A DNA stretch of 64,000 bases from Hypanus sabinus (lineage: Eukaryota): positions 16,430,001-16,494,000 of the forward strand of contig NC_082724.1 in NCBI RefSeq assembly GCF_030144855.1. Reading direction: 5' to 3'. Under the pieces are notes generated by a model. That model was not told the DNA's origin. It made no database searches and saw only the letters and a list, made by a program, of their open reading frames with translations. Made by a program: the position numbers and the translations under genes. Shown here in pieces: positions 11,831 through 24,131 of the stretch (position 1 is the stretch's first letter; every line of letters begins with the position of its first letter).

Positions 11831-14800
11831 TGATATAAATGACTGTAAATCAATACATTGAAACGCAGTGAAGGACAAGGACGAAAGTGCTTAGGTGTTG
11901 AGTAACGTTGGAGCGAATAGAAAAAGCAGTTAGGTTTTTGTCGAGGGACTCATCTCCAATTCTAAGTCTGTCAATTACCACTTCTGAAAGTGAAGTGCAA
12001 GCATTTCATCGGACAAATGAGAAAGGGGTCTCAGAAAACCTTCATCCGCATAAATTAAATACGACTATCTTTTCTTGTTACTTTATTAAGGCTGTACTTT
12101 ATTTCTTTTTGGCTAATTTACTATTTTGAGAAGGCTGCTTTACCGACGACTCGGGAAACTCAGTAGTTGCCATATCACGCTATACACATGATTGGACCTG
12201 ATGAATGTGGAAGATACCTGGAATAGTTTATATATTTCTGACCCTTCTGCAAATGTTTCAGTGAGATTGCTGAAGTGCTAGGCAAGAGAGTGAATCGATC
12301 TATTTTTCAACTACATCAGTTAAAATGGTTCTGTGAAATACTGTTGGCAAACTTACTTTGAATAAGAAATTCATTTGGCATTTTTCACAGATAATTTTCT
12401 TGAAATCCTGATTGTGACATAACTTTAGTATTAGGCAAGGAGCCAAGAGAGCACAAGTTAATTAATTATGCACTAAATTATACCGGTCAGCTAGTGTTTT
12501 ATAGGCAATAAATTGTCAGTGACCTTCCAGCAATGGACTATTTTACAGTTATATCCTACTTTGTTTATAGCGCGCACAGAAAATACTTTTTAAATGAATA
12601 AGGATCCTATCATTAAGTGCCACAAAATAGTTTCGTTTCATTTATTTAGTACGTATTAGTATTTAATGTACCTTCGTCTATATCTCTGATTGTTAACTAT
12701 TAATTTTGCTATACCTGTTGCAATCTGTGCTGTTGTGTAATTTCATCCTTTTAAAGTTGCATCCAGTAACAAGAATATCTAATGTTACAATATGATTTTT
12801 TAAAAAGGTCCTATGTAAATGTGTATATGACAATGAATAAAATATATAATACTTATAAATCATTCTTGGTGTTAATTTTAAGTTCTAATATTTATTCTTA
12901 TCGGAATAAAGTCACCTACAAATATATTGAGAATATATTGCTTTACAATAAAAAATTTCAGTTACCAAAACAAATTCTACTGTTGCAGAAAATTATCCTC
13001 TAGTATTTAAACCAGGATAAAGTATGCTTCAGATCAACAACCACATAATGATAGAATACAGAATTCTCAAGTGATTATGCATACTGTATGGAGTATATCT
13101 ATTTCAGAAAAGCAGATATCAGCTTAACGTAACATTGATATTATAAGAAGCCATAAACTTTGTTGTACCATGTTAAATAATATCATATTCTTAACTAACT
13201 TATTTCTTTTGCAACTGTCTGTGGGAAAGGAAAATCTCGGAGATGTATACTGCATGCAAACATGCTTTGATAATAAATGTACTTTGAGTCTTTTATATGA
13301 CATTAATATTATACATTGAAGCCTTTTTCAAGTAAAGGTAATAATTTTCTAAGTCCCATTTAAATTACTCAATGTATTCAGCTCACTGTATAGCTATGTA
13401 GATTAGTCATTTATAATATTGTGAATTCACCCTTTACATCATTCTTGAATGATGTAAAATTGAGGTGTAAAATTAAAATGTTTAATTTTTATGGTTTATG
13501 GCATTTAACATCTTAGTATCAGTAGTTAATAGTATTAGAATATGTTTGCAAATATATGCCACGATAGTTGTCAACCCTTAATATGTATATTTTCTTCCTT
13601 TCTCTCTTAAAAATTGTCCCATGGTGGATTGTAATGTTATATATTTCATCACCTGCTAATATGTGTAGAAATATTCAATGTCTGAATCAGTCTAAGATGA
13701 AGTAGTTAATCCAGTTGGGAAAATATCAGATTTGATTTTAAATAAGCATTTGTGTTGTGTCGCTTTTTGGTGAAGTGTTGGTGATGTAATTGGTTCTGTA
13801 ACTTGGCAGAATATTATGGTTACGCTACTCTCTGGGGTACCTTGTGGATGTGAACTGAAATCTGCCATATGATTTTCAGTATTCATACTATGTATGTTGC
13901 CAGTTTGTGATTTTAATATATTCAGAATGAGCAAATTTTAGAAATGCTTTTCTGCTATCTAAGCTTGCAAAACATTGACAATAGTAATGCATCACACAAA
14001 TAAAATATGACCAGAGGAGTAATGGAGATGAGAGGGAGTGAGAAAATGGGATGAAATGAAAAAGGGAATGGGAACGGATGGATGATGAAAGTAATGAACG
14101 AACAATGAAAACGAGACACCCCGTGAACAGTATCTCACTATTTATTCTGGCTTTGTTTCTGCACTACTTATATGTATGTATATACAGTATATGAATGTGT
14201 ATGTATTTATGTATATTTGTGTATATATGTATGTATAATATATGTATTTAAAATATATTCATTGTAATTTACAATTTTTTAATGTACTGCACTGTGCTGC
14301 TGCCACAGAACAACAAATTTCATGACATTCGTCAGCTGTATTAAACTTGATTCTAATTCTAAAGCGAGCGATGGAAGGTGGACTTTGTAAGAGATGGAAT
14401 GGAAGGACAATGGAATGATATAGAAAGGGCAGTGGGATTGTGATTTTCTATAAATATTCATGCACCTTAAGGATTCTCATTTCTAGCAAAGGATGAATTG
14501 TGCAGACTCATGCAATTATTAGGTTCTTTGGAAGGATGGTCCATTGAAGCTCCCTGCTCTGATTCTGGGATGCTACTCACAGTATGACAGAGTTTGGTTG
14601 ATTGTGGTCTGGACAGAATTTCAATCTGGAACAGGTGTGAGAGATGGAAGTACAGGTTTTGATTTGATTGCCTGATTCAGTCCCGGCAGGGAGAGTGAGT
14701 GTAAATGATTTGATGCCTGGACCTATAGGAAGAACAGAAGCAAGTTTTCTGATCCACTCTTCCAGAGATCATTGTAATGAGTGGGAAGAAATGAATATTT

Positions 14801-14854
14801 TTTTATTATAGAACCACTGTTCATCTGAGAGGTTAATAATAGAAAATGATGTGT

Positions 14855-15070
14855 TTGTTTATTGAGATACTGCGCGGAACAGGGCCTTTCAGCCCTTTGA
14901 GCTGTGTCACCCAGCAATCCCCTGATTTAACCCTAGCCTAATCATGGGGCAGTTTACAATGACCAATTAACCTACTGATCAGTATATCTTCGGACTATAG
15001 GAGGAAACTGGAACACCCAGAGGAACCCCATGGGAAAGACACACAAACTTCCTACAGGTAGTGGCTGGAA
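14855..15070 (-). mobile_element. V-SINE (HE1-like) fragment
   Basis: Reverse complement of the V-core (ggaggaaactggaacacccagaggaaccc) with a tail like the other copies. Confidence 0.65.
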
Positions 15071-15399
15071 GTACTCAGCCTGTACAGCAACATATGTGGA
15101 AGGAAAAACAGAGCTAACGTTTTAGGTCAAAGAAATTGATTTTCTCCATTTACGATTTTTTTGATTTTTACTACTGTGTTACTTTATATAGACCTTCACA
15201 ATATAATACACAATATTCAGAGCAAAATGTTTTGGTCTTGTTTCTTTGGAGTGTTAGTTTAAAATTAGGTACGAGGAGAATTAAAGAATGTTAGGGGACA
15301 ATTCTGGCTCTCTTGACCTGCTCTTAATGGATTTCATCTGCGTTTAAGACAATGGACAGTGTAATTTATGGAGAGTGGTTAGCAACAGGCTTGAAATTC

Positions 15400-15745
15400 C
15401 TAGCAACACACACAAAATGCTGGAGGAATTCAGCAGATCAGGCAGCATCTATGGAAAAGACGTTTTGGGCCGAGACCCTTCATCAGGACTGGAGAAAGAA
15501 AGATGAGGAGTCAGAGTTAGAAGGTGATAGGTGAAACTGGGAGGGGGAGGGGGTGAAGTAAAGAGCTGAAAGTTGATTGGCAAAAGAGATACAGGGCTGG
15601 AGAAGGGGAAGTCTGATAGGCGAGGACAGAAGGCCATGAAAGAAAGCAAAGGGGGAGGAGCACCAGAGGGAAGTGATGTGCAGATAAGGGCGGGGAAAGG
15701 GAATGGGAAATGGTGAAGGGGAGTGTCAATACTGGAAGCTGGAAT
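15400..15745 (-). mobile_element. Penelope-like element 3' end/pLTR with a hammerhead-like motif (15459-15492)
   Basis: Homologous to the 3' end of the RT/GIY-YIG element at 50362-52430; the minus strand reads CCAGTCCTGATGAAGGGTCTCGGCCCAAAACGTC. Confidence 0.75.
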
Positions 15746-16935
15746 TCCTTATGGTTCTGGTCTTTCTGAGATCAATCACATCCTGCAGCTCCAGAACTGT
15801 TGGGCACTGATTCTCTACAACACCACTAACTCAAGTGTGAAAACTACTTGTTTGTCAGTTCAATATATTGCACATTAAATGATTCCAGTTCCACCCCTTC
15901 CTGTGTTCATCTTTATCCGTTATGTCAAATTAATTTAGTTTGTGAAGCAACTAAATTTTACAGAAGATAATCTGAGAAAGCTCCATTTGAATACTCCCCC
16001 CGATAAATCTACAGTTATCTGCCTAGATATTAGGTGTCAAGGTACCACAGTTTGGCATGCTCTGGAATCCAATTTCAATGTAAAGTAATTGAAAATTGGG
16101 GATTTCATGTGGGTTACCTTGTCAGTAGGTTACATCTCTAGTCCTCAATGACATTACATGACGTGTTCAATCCCAGACATATTAAAATCATTTCCTTGAT
16201 TTTCAGTTGCATGGATGACCCACCTCTCAATGAGCCACTCTTGCAAAAGCAGGCACTCACAGTGGATATGTATCTTGAAGGGGACCCTACAGAGCAACTC
16301 ACAGACCAGTTCTGGATAGCTCAAATTGGGTCTCCTTTTGGGAATTCTTACTGGGAACATCTTTTGTCTACATCACCAATCCACCCCACCCTTGATTGCC
16401 TGCTCCCATACTCCACTTTTCATCTAACCTATTCCCTTCACACCATTTTGCCCACTCATGGCACTCTGACCAGTGACATCTTGTTGAAACCCCATCCCCA
16501 TCAAAACCACTGATCATTCTCTTTAGCTATCAGCTTTATCCTGCTAACCAATATTTCTCCTTCACTACAAAGCCTCAGCTAACACTACCACAGCCTCATC
16601 TCCTGAATGTACTTCAAAACCACATCAAACAACAATTGGACCAAATAACTTCGGATTGTCCCCCACTCGACAAATATTGGTCAAATATTCCAATATCAGT
16701 CCTCAGCAGCCAACCCTCTCTATCCACTGATATCTGGGCCTCCTCTTCACCCCTGATCTTCTCCTGCCAGTGAACACTCAAAACTGGACTTTGTTGATTC
16801 CTTAATTGAGGGGTGTATAAAGTGAAGTCCTTGAGCATTATCTCAAGCTTTATCTATTGTTTATTACCCATTGTGGAACCATGACCAGCCAGTTTGGTGA
16901 CCCAGTGCAAACCATCTAATGAAAACTCTTTAGAG

Positions 16936-17020
16936 CAAGAGTCCCAAACTGGGGTTCATGGGCTCCATGGTTAAAGATAGAGGTCCACGGCATATAAAAA
17001 AAAAAGTTTGGGAACCCCTG
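16936..17020. mobile_element. 85-bp hAT-type MITE
   Basis: Termini CAAGAGTCCCAAAC / GTTTGGGAACCCCTG; 8-bp TSD ctttagag / cttcagag. Confidence 0.75.
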
Positions 17021-18754
17021 CTTCAGAGGCAATAAACAATTAAAAGCTAAGAAAAGTTGATGTGCAATAGGCTCAATGGTCTGATTGGCCTCCTTTGATG
17101 TCAAATGGTTCCACCATCCCGGGTTTGCTGGTTCTTTGGTGATCAAACTCTGCACGTTTCAGTGGAGAAGCTGAGATCATTGGAATGTCTAACAATCATT
17201 AAGCCTACAGTTTGAGTATGGTGATTCCCATGTTGGGTCCCTGTCCTCTCTTGCATCAATGGCCCAGAAATTAATTGAACACTCCAAAGGAAAACAGAAG
17301 GTGTTAGAAGCATGCAGATCATCAGGCAACAACGAAGAAGAGAAAGTGAGTTGATCTTTCAAATCAATGAACTTTCATTGGGGCTGGAAAAGTTGTGGAA
17401 AAAGAAGCTTAAGTTGCAGAAAAGAGGACTGGCTGGAGAGAACAGAAAGGACTAAATAGGGTGCAGCCTAAAATCATCAAGGTAACCATTAATTTAAAAA
17501 CCAGTCGCTGGGGACCAAAAAGATTTTTTTAATCAAAATAGGACAAAAGTACAACCATACCTGTGCAGTGAACAAAGACATTAACCCCCATGGATGCTGC
17601 TTGACCTTTGAATGCGTGCAACCATTTTCAGTTTCCATTTTAGATTTCCAACATCAACAAGTTTTTTTCACTCCAGTCAAATGTTCTATTCCAGCTTTCA
17701 ACCTACAAATATTTTTATACCACTAATGGCTGGAAATTTGAGTTGATTATCAGAGTGAGGAATGGCAAAGCATCTGGAACTTCGGAAAGCAGTAGAGCAA
17801 ACACTCCAATGAGAAGAATTAGGCAATGAGATTTAAGGCTAAAATCAGAGGAATGTAATGCTATGATGACTGCTGTAAATTAATGTCAAACATGTTAAAT
17901 GGAAGGGATACTGGTTACCATGGAATCAAGGAAGAGACTGAAGAAAAGGATATAATTTATTCAAATTAAGAGCTCCTCAAGGATAATTCCTTATCTGCAT
18001 TGTTCCCATAGGGGTCAGAAAGCAGTAAGCCAGCAGTTAATCTATTAAGGACAGATCCTAACTTTTTATGTTGAACTTTGTCCACATTTGTTCTGCAGAT
18101 GGAGCACATGTTGAAAGCCTTGGTATGACTGATATTGAATAGGACAGCAGTAACAGGCCCTTTCACCCACCATGTTCTGCCAAATTAATTAACTCAAATC
18201 TCTTTCGGCTGCACATGGTCCATGAGTTACCTCTCAATTGCTGTCTCCAGGGAGCTGATGATGGAAATCTCATCAGATACTTGTGGCATTTCACAACTCA
18301 CTATTCCCCTCCACAGATTATAATGCACACGTTGATGACATGATTTTCCCCAATGTGTTCTAGATTCTTGTATACTTTCGAAACTACAGTACCTTTGTAA
18401 ATTACTGCCCAACTGCACTATGTGAGTATTTTCCCCAGAAAGGAAGCAGCAGTTGAAGAAGCAGTTTTGAACAACCTTGCACTCGCACACTATTTTTAAT
18501 ACAACGAATAATTTCCTATCTTGGCAAAGACTGGTTTTACAGCCTATGGTAGAACTAATGCCTGAACTGAACTAAGCTTAATATTCCTGGACTCCTGGTT
18601 TGATGTTTGATATTCCATGTGTTGTTTTGCTCGTTTTTCATGTTTGCACAATTTATTCTTTTTTCACGCATTGGGTGTTTGATGTTTTCTTTCAAAGGTT
18701 TCCATGGTGTTTCCTTGTTTTGTGACTGACTGCAGGAGGATGAGTCTCAGAGTT

Positions 18755-19022
18755 GTAGTGTAGTGGTTAGCACGATGTACAGTACAGGAGACCTGAGTAC
18801 AATTCCCACCGCTCCCTGTAAGGAGTGTGTACGTTCTCCTCATGACTGCATGGTTTCCTCTGGGTTCTTTGGTTTCCTCCCACAGTCCATGGATGTACCA
18901 GTAGGTTAATTGGTCATTGTAAATTCAAATCTGCAATGATTAGGCTAGGATTATATTGGGGATTGGTGGCTTGGCTCATAGGGCCAGAAGGGCCTATTCC
19001 ACACCGTCTCTCAATAAATAAA
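18755..19022 (+). mobile_element. V-SINE (HE1-like)
   Basis: tRNA-like head (gtgtagtggttagc) and V-core gttctcctcatgactgcatggtttcctctggg...ggtttcctcccacagtcca, with an A-rich tail. Confidence 0.75.
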
Positions 19023-19425
19023 AAATAATGTGCTTTGAATTATTGAATCTTGTACTTTTCCCATTATAACTTCATTAGTAATTATTAACCAAGTACTTTT
19101 TTGGTAGTTTATTGCTATCCATCCTCTCATTTCAGTGGCATCATGTAGCTATTTTGTGAATTATTCAGCACAGTATTGTAGCCAATGGAAATGCTGCTGC
19201 TGCGCAAGTCCTGGCACCCTGGGTCAATCTATGGGTGCTGTCTGTGCGGAGTTTACATATTCTTTCTGTGATTATTATTATCATTATTATTATTATCTAT
19301 TTTTTTCTCTGCTCAAGCTGGTAAAACCCAAGGTATAGACATAGCCCAGCACATTCTTTAGTCAATTGCTAGGAACTTTCAAACTATTCTAGTGGGTGTT
19401 TAGTATTGGGCTTTCTGAAGGTTTA

Positions 19426-22400
19426 CAGTGACTATAACAAGTATTCACCCTCCACTCACACCCCCCCCCAGAAGTTTTCATGTTTTATTATTTTACAATA
19501 TTGAATCACAGGGGATTTAATTTGGCTTTTTGGACACTGATCAATTGAAAAATGCTATTTCACGTCAAAGTGAAAATAGATCTTTACAAAGTGATCTAAA
19601 TTAATTACAAATATAAAACACAAAATAATTGATTGTATAAGAATTCATCCATTTAATATGACACACCAAATTATCACTGGTGCAGCCAATTGTTTTTAGA
19701 AGTTACATAATTAGTTAAATGGAGAGCACCATGTGCAGTTAAGGTGTTTCAATTGACTGTAGTAAAAATACACCCATATTTGAAAGGTCCAATTGCTTGT
19801 GAGTGAGTACCCTGGCAAAAACTACACCATGAAGACAAAAAAACTCTCCAAGTAACTCCACAAAAGGGTTATTGAAAAGCACAAGTCAGATGGATGCAAG
19901 AAAATTTCCAAGTTACTGATTGTCTCTTGGAGTACAGATAAGTCAATCATCAAGAAATGGAAAGAAGGGGGATTAAAACACGCGCGCCCGGACGGCTGCC
20001 CAGCTGTTAACGGTCAGCGCCAAGTGAGGCAATAAGTGGAAGGCGTGCTCCAGCGGTCAGCAGCCTTGGGCAAACGGGTGGCGCGAGAGGACTTCGAGTG
20101 GGTCTACACTGACCAGCTGCACAGATCCTTGTCAAATATCCTGAGATCAAGTTGTTGATGGGCCTAGATCACAACCTAAAGTGGATCATCATCCTGATGG
20201 TAGCAATGCAGGCTCTGGCCTTCTACCTTGTGAAGGACTTGGATTGGAAGTGGGTGATATTCTGGGCATATGTATTTGGTGGGTGTATAAACCATTCCAA
20301 CACACTGGGCATCCATGAAATCTCTCACAATGCTGCATTTGGGCACAAGTATGCACTGTTCAACCGCTTTTTTGGCATGTTTGCTAATCTTCCTGGTGGT
20401 CTGCCATACTCGGTCTCCTTCAAGAGGTACCACATGGATCAACATCGCTACATGGGTGGAGATGGTATTGACATTGACATTCCCACAGATTTTGAGAGCT
20501 GGTTTTTCTGCACCAGACTAAGGAAGTTTTTCTGGGTCATCCTGCACCTACTGTCTTATGCCACGCGCCCACTCTGCATCAACCCCAAGCCCATCACTCA
20601 CTTGGAGATCGCTAATCTGGTTGCTCAATTAACCTTCAACCTGCTGATATATAATCTCTGGGGAGCAAAACCAATTGTTTACATGTTGGCAGGATCTCTT
20701 CTGGGAATGGGCCTTCATCCAATCTCTGGACACTTTATTGCTGAGCACTACATGTTTCTGAAAGGACATGAAACCTACACTTACAATGGCCCCCTCAATC
20801 TAATCACCTTCAATGTTGGATATCACAATGAACATCATGACTTCCACGGTATTCCAGGCTGCAGACTTTCTCAGGTGAAGAAGATAGCTGCTGAGTACTA
20901 TGACTATCTGCCCCAGTATTCTTCCTGGGTGAAAGTGCTCTATGACTTCATCATGGATGATACGATCAGCCCTTACTCTCAGATCAAGAGAACAGTGAAA
21001 GATGCAAAACAGAACTAGGAGTGAACTTGCCAACAGACAGAAAAATGGTGGCTTGCTTGCTGGACAAATTTAAGCTGTTTTTACAAATCTTGCAAGAACA
21101 TTGTATTAAGTGTCTTTATACAAACCATGCACTAACAATATTTAGTCTATTAAAGTGTTTTGTCTGCTAATTAGTTTTGCTCAGCCGTTAAACTAATTCA
21201 GGGAATTTGAAGTGACTGCAGGATGTCTGTCTGGCAAAGGAAGAAGTGATCTTGGCAATGGAAAACTTTGACAATTATATTGTGGAACTTTTGCCTGTTA
21301 GGTTGAGTTTGCCTCTGTGCCAAGGGTCATATCTGATCGCCTCCCCTTCAGGTGGTTCTGAGTATTCTTTAGTTTAATTTGATGAGCTCGAATTTCAGTC
21401 AGTTATACTTGAAGCAGTTCAATGACTGGGTTGTTGCCTGTTTCAGTAGCTCATGTTATTCTTCAACATAAGTGGATGGTGTTTGTCTACAGTTGTAGAA
21501 ACTGCAAAAACAGCTGTTCAGAAGTGGTTACTAGAGGCAGTAGAGGAGAGGCATTGGTATACTTGTAACAATGGCAACTCCAAATTGGGTGGGATTAAAC
21601 CACTTTTTCCCTCAAGTTTAAGTAAGTCTCCTTACTTAACCAAGTCAGTCTCCTGAAGTTCAGTTCCTCTACCCTCCATTTACAGGGTATTAATGTGAGA
21701 TGAAGGAGAATGGCAAATTCCTGCCTTTGGTGGGTGTGGGGAAAATCTACTGGTTCATAAAGCTGACTGAAGAATGACTCTGTGGCCGAAGAATACTTGT
21801 GGGGAAACTTGCTCACTGATTGCTTCCCCTTCCTGTTTTGACTGCAAGGATCAGTTTCTGCACTGATTGGTTTACTTTGCATGTATTTGTACTGATGCTT
21901 CTAATGTTAAAACCACCCAATGTTGTCCATTTTGCAGTTGGAAAAATAAATGGCTTTAATACCTCAAAAAAAAAGAGATGGAAAGAATATGGCATGGGTG
22001 TAAATCTGCCTAGAACGGGCCATCCTCAAAAACTAAGTGACTGTGCAAGAAGGGGACTGGTGAGGGAGGCAACCAAGAAGCCTATGACAACTCTGGAGGA
22101 GTTTCAGGCTTCATTGGCTGAGCTGGGAGAGACTGTGCATGCAACAACTGTTGCATGGGTGCTTTACCAGTCGTACCCATGGCTTTACGGGACAGCGGCA
22201 AAGAGAAAGCCACTATTGGAAAAAAGACTCACATGAAATCTCAGCAGGAGTTTGCCAGAAGGGTTGTGGGAGACTCCGAAGTCAGCTGGAAGAAGGTTCT
22301 ATGGTCTGATGAAACCAAAGTTCAGCTTTTTAAGCCATCAGACTAAATTCTATGTTTGGTTTAAGCCAAATACCGCACATCATCAAAATCACACCATCTC

Positions 22401-23037
22401 TACCATGAAGCATGGAATCATACTGTGGGGATGCTTTACTGCAGCAGGCTTGTGAAGGTAGAGAGTAAAATGAATGCAGCAAAGTATAGGGAAATCCTGA
22501 AGGAAAGCCTGATGTAGTCTGCAAGAGAACTGCAACTTTGGAGAAAATTTGTTTTCCAGTAAGACAGTGAATCCAAGTGTAAAGCCAAAGCTACACAGGA
22601 ATGGTTTATAAACAACAAAGTTAATGTCCTGGTGTGGCCAAGTCAGACCTCAATCTAATTGAGAGTTTATGGCTGGACTTGAAAAGGGCTGTTCACTCAT
22701 GATCACCATGCAATCTGACAGAACGTGAGCAACTTTGTAAAGAATAATGGGGAAAATTGCAGTGTCCAGATGTGCAAAGCTGATAGAGACCTATCCACAC
22801 AGTCTGAAGGCTATAATTGCTGCCAAAGACGCATCTACTAAATACTGATTTGAATGGACTAAATACTTATGCAATCAATTACTTTGTGCAATTAATTTAG
22901 ATCACTTTGTAGAGATCTGTTTTCGCTTTGACCAGAAGATGTCTTTTTTGGTTTATCAGTGTCCACTGTGATTCAATAGTGTAAAACAATAAAACCCAAA
23001 AACTTCCCGGGGGGGTGAATACTTTTTATAGGCGCTG
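19426..23037 (+). mobile_element. Tc1/mariner (IR/DR type) DNA transposon with a defective DDE transposase, carrying a DEGS1 retrocopy
   Basis: TA|CAGTGACTATAACAAGTATTCACCC ... GGGTGAATACTTTTTATAGGCGCTG|TA, with imperfect TIRs of about 200 bp. The transposase runs from ATG 19829 (MKTKKLSK...SIIKKWKE) and resumes at 21988 (YGMGVNLPRTGHPQKLS...VLWSDETK...WPSQ..LNLIE) to TGA 22848, with stops and frameshifts. Confidence 0.93.
19967..21974 (+). pseudogene. DEGS1: Processed (intronless) retrocopy of sphingolipid delta(4)-desaturase DES1, with 5'UTR, CDS, 3'UTR and poly(A)
   Basis: (TTG)[18 protein letters not shown] at 20066 is followed by a frameshifting deletion, then an open frame to TAG 21018 with His boxes HEISH / HMDQH / HNEHH. 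There are no introns. AATAAA is at 21945-50 and A9 at 21966-74. The TSD is aagaaatggaaagaa (19952-66) / aagagatggaaagaa (21973-87). Confidence 0.95.
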
Positions 23038-24053
23038 TACATAAATATTACTGTGTAGCCCTCATTGTTTAATGCTATTGAGTAGTGCCTTTGGGATGAC
23101 ACCAATTGTAGATATTACTCTCAGGACAGTTCATGTTCCTGTTCATGTTCCATAGTCTTTCAATTTCCTCTTATAATTCATCATACTTCTGGTGTTTTTC
23201 CACTTACTGATTTCTGTATGTTCTGTGAGTTTGCAATAACTATTTCTATTGCTTGTTTATCCTGTATTATGTCCTATCCATAATAACTGATCAGTCATAA
23301 TATAATTAGTAGGGTTCTGACTCTAAAACTGGATCAGGCTTAAACTTATAGTAAGGTGTGATTTCATTATGAGTTTGTATTTTCAAGCAAGATTTTGATG
23401 AATGATGTTTGCTACTGAATTGTGCCTATGTAAGTAATCAGATTGTATTAAACTGCTACAGGATCCTTTAATGTGTTGGATTGTTTCTGGATTTTCTCGG
23501 CATTTTCTACTTTTATCATCTTGAATTTGTTGGTCTTCTATTACATATTTTTAATATTTTTTTATGTTAACCACCTGGTCCTGTATTGCCACAAGGAACC
23601 CCTCTGTTTCTGGGAAGAGGTCTCCAACTCTGAGCCAGGCATTCAATGCTTCCTAGTTGACGTCTAGTCTGCTCAGATCATGGGGATGTCTTCCATGGAG
23701 GGTCATGCTCTTCCCTTGGGTAGCTTTCTCTTCAGTAGTAATAATGTCTTAATTTTTCTGGGTTGTGGTCTCATTTGAGTTTAGTGGAGTGTACTTTTGA
23801 TCAGAATTGCATAGATTTACATGGAGTGCTGATTCCTGTTTTCATTGATGGAAGTATATCCTTAGAAGTTTGATCTGACTGTGGTGTAGATTTTTAATGA
23901 TTTCTGAGATTTGTCATTTCAGTCTTATTTTTCTTTGGAAATTTTTCAGATCGGTTTCAAACCAAGATATTATGCCAAAAGAATACATTAATATAGGTAC
24001 AGCAAAAGTGTTTATTGCCTTTGTTATATCTGTACTGTTGAGCTTTGTTTGAC

Positions 24054-24089
24054 ATTATTATTGTATTTTTATTTTTATTATTACTATAC

Positions 24090-24130
<41 letters not shown>
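24054..24130. repeat. (ATT)n-like tract followed by an (AAT)n microsatellite
   Basis: Read directly; it adjoins the 3' end of Dong/R4 copy B. Confidence 0.9.

Positions 24131-24131
<1 letters not shown>

Larger units (their letters stand above)
19297..23945 (-). mobile_element. Dong/R4 (RLE-type) non-LTR retrotransposon fragment, copy A, split by a Tc1 at TA 19424-25
   Basis: The minus strand near 23400-23520 encodes a CCHC knuckle plus an RHN motif (PETIQH...YLHRHN). Joining the sequences on either side of the Tc1 gives tttacataaatatt, matching uninterrupted copy B. The 3' end abuts (ATT)n at 19271-19296. Confidence 0.7.

Noticed and set aside
11274-11853. Ala/Arg/Pro-rich ORFs of 99-152 aa
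   Set aside because: These are expected by-products of a GC-rich CpG island, with non-ATG starts and no recognisable domain.
20152-21018. Functional DEGS1 gene
   Set aside because: It is intronless, has a TSD and poly(A), has lost the start codon, carries a 5' frameshift and a mutated His box, and lies inside a transposon.
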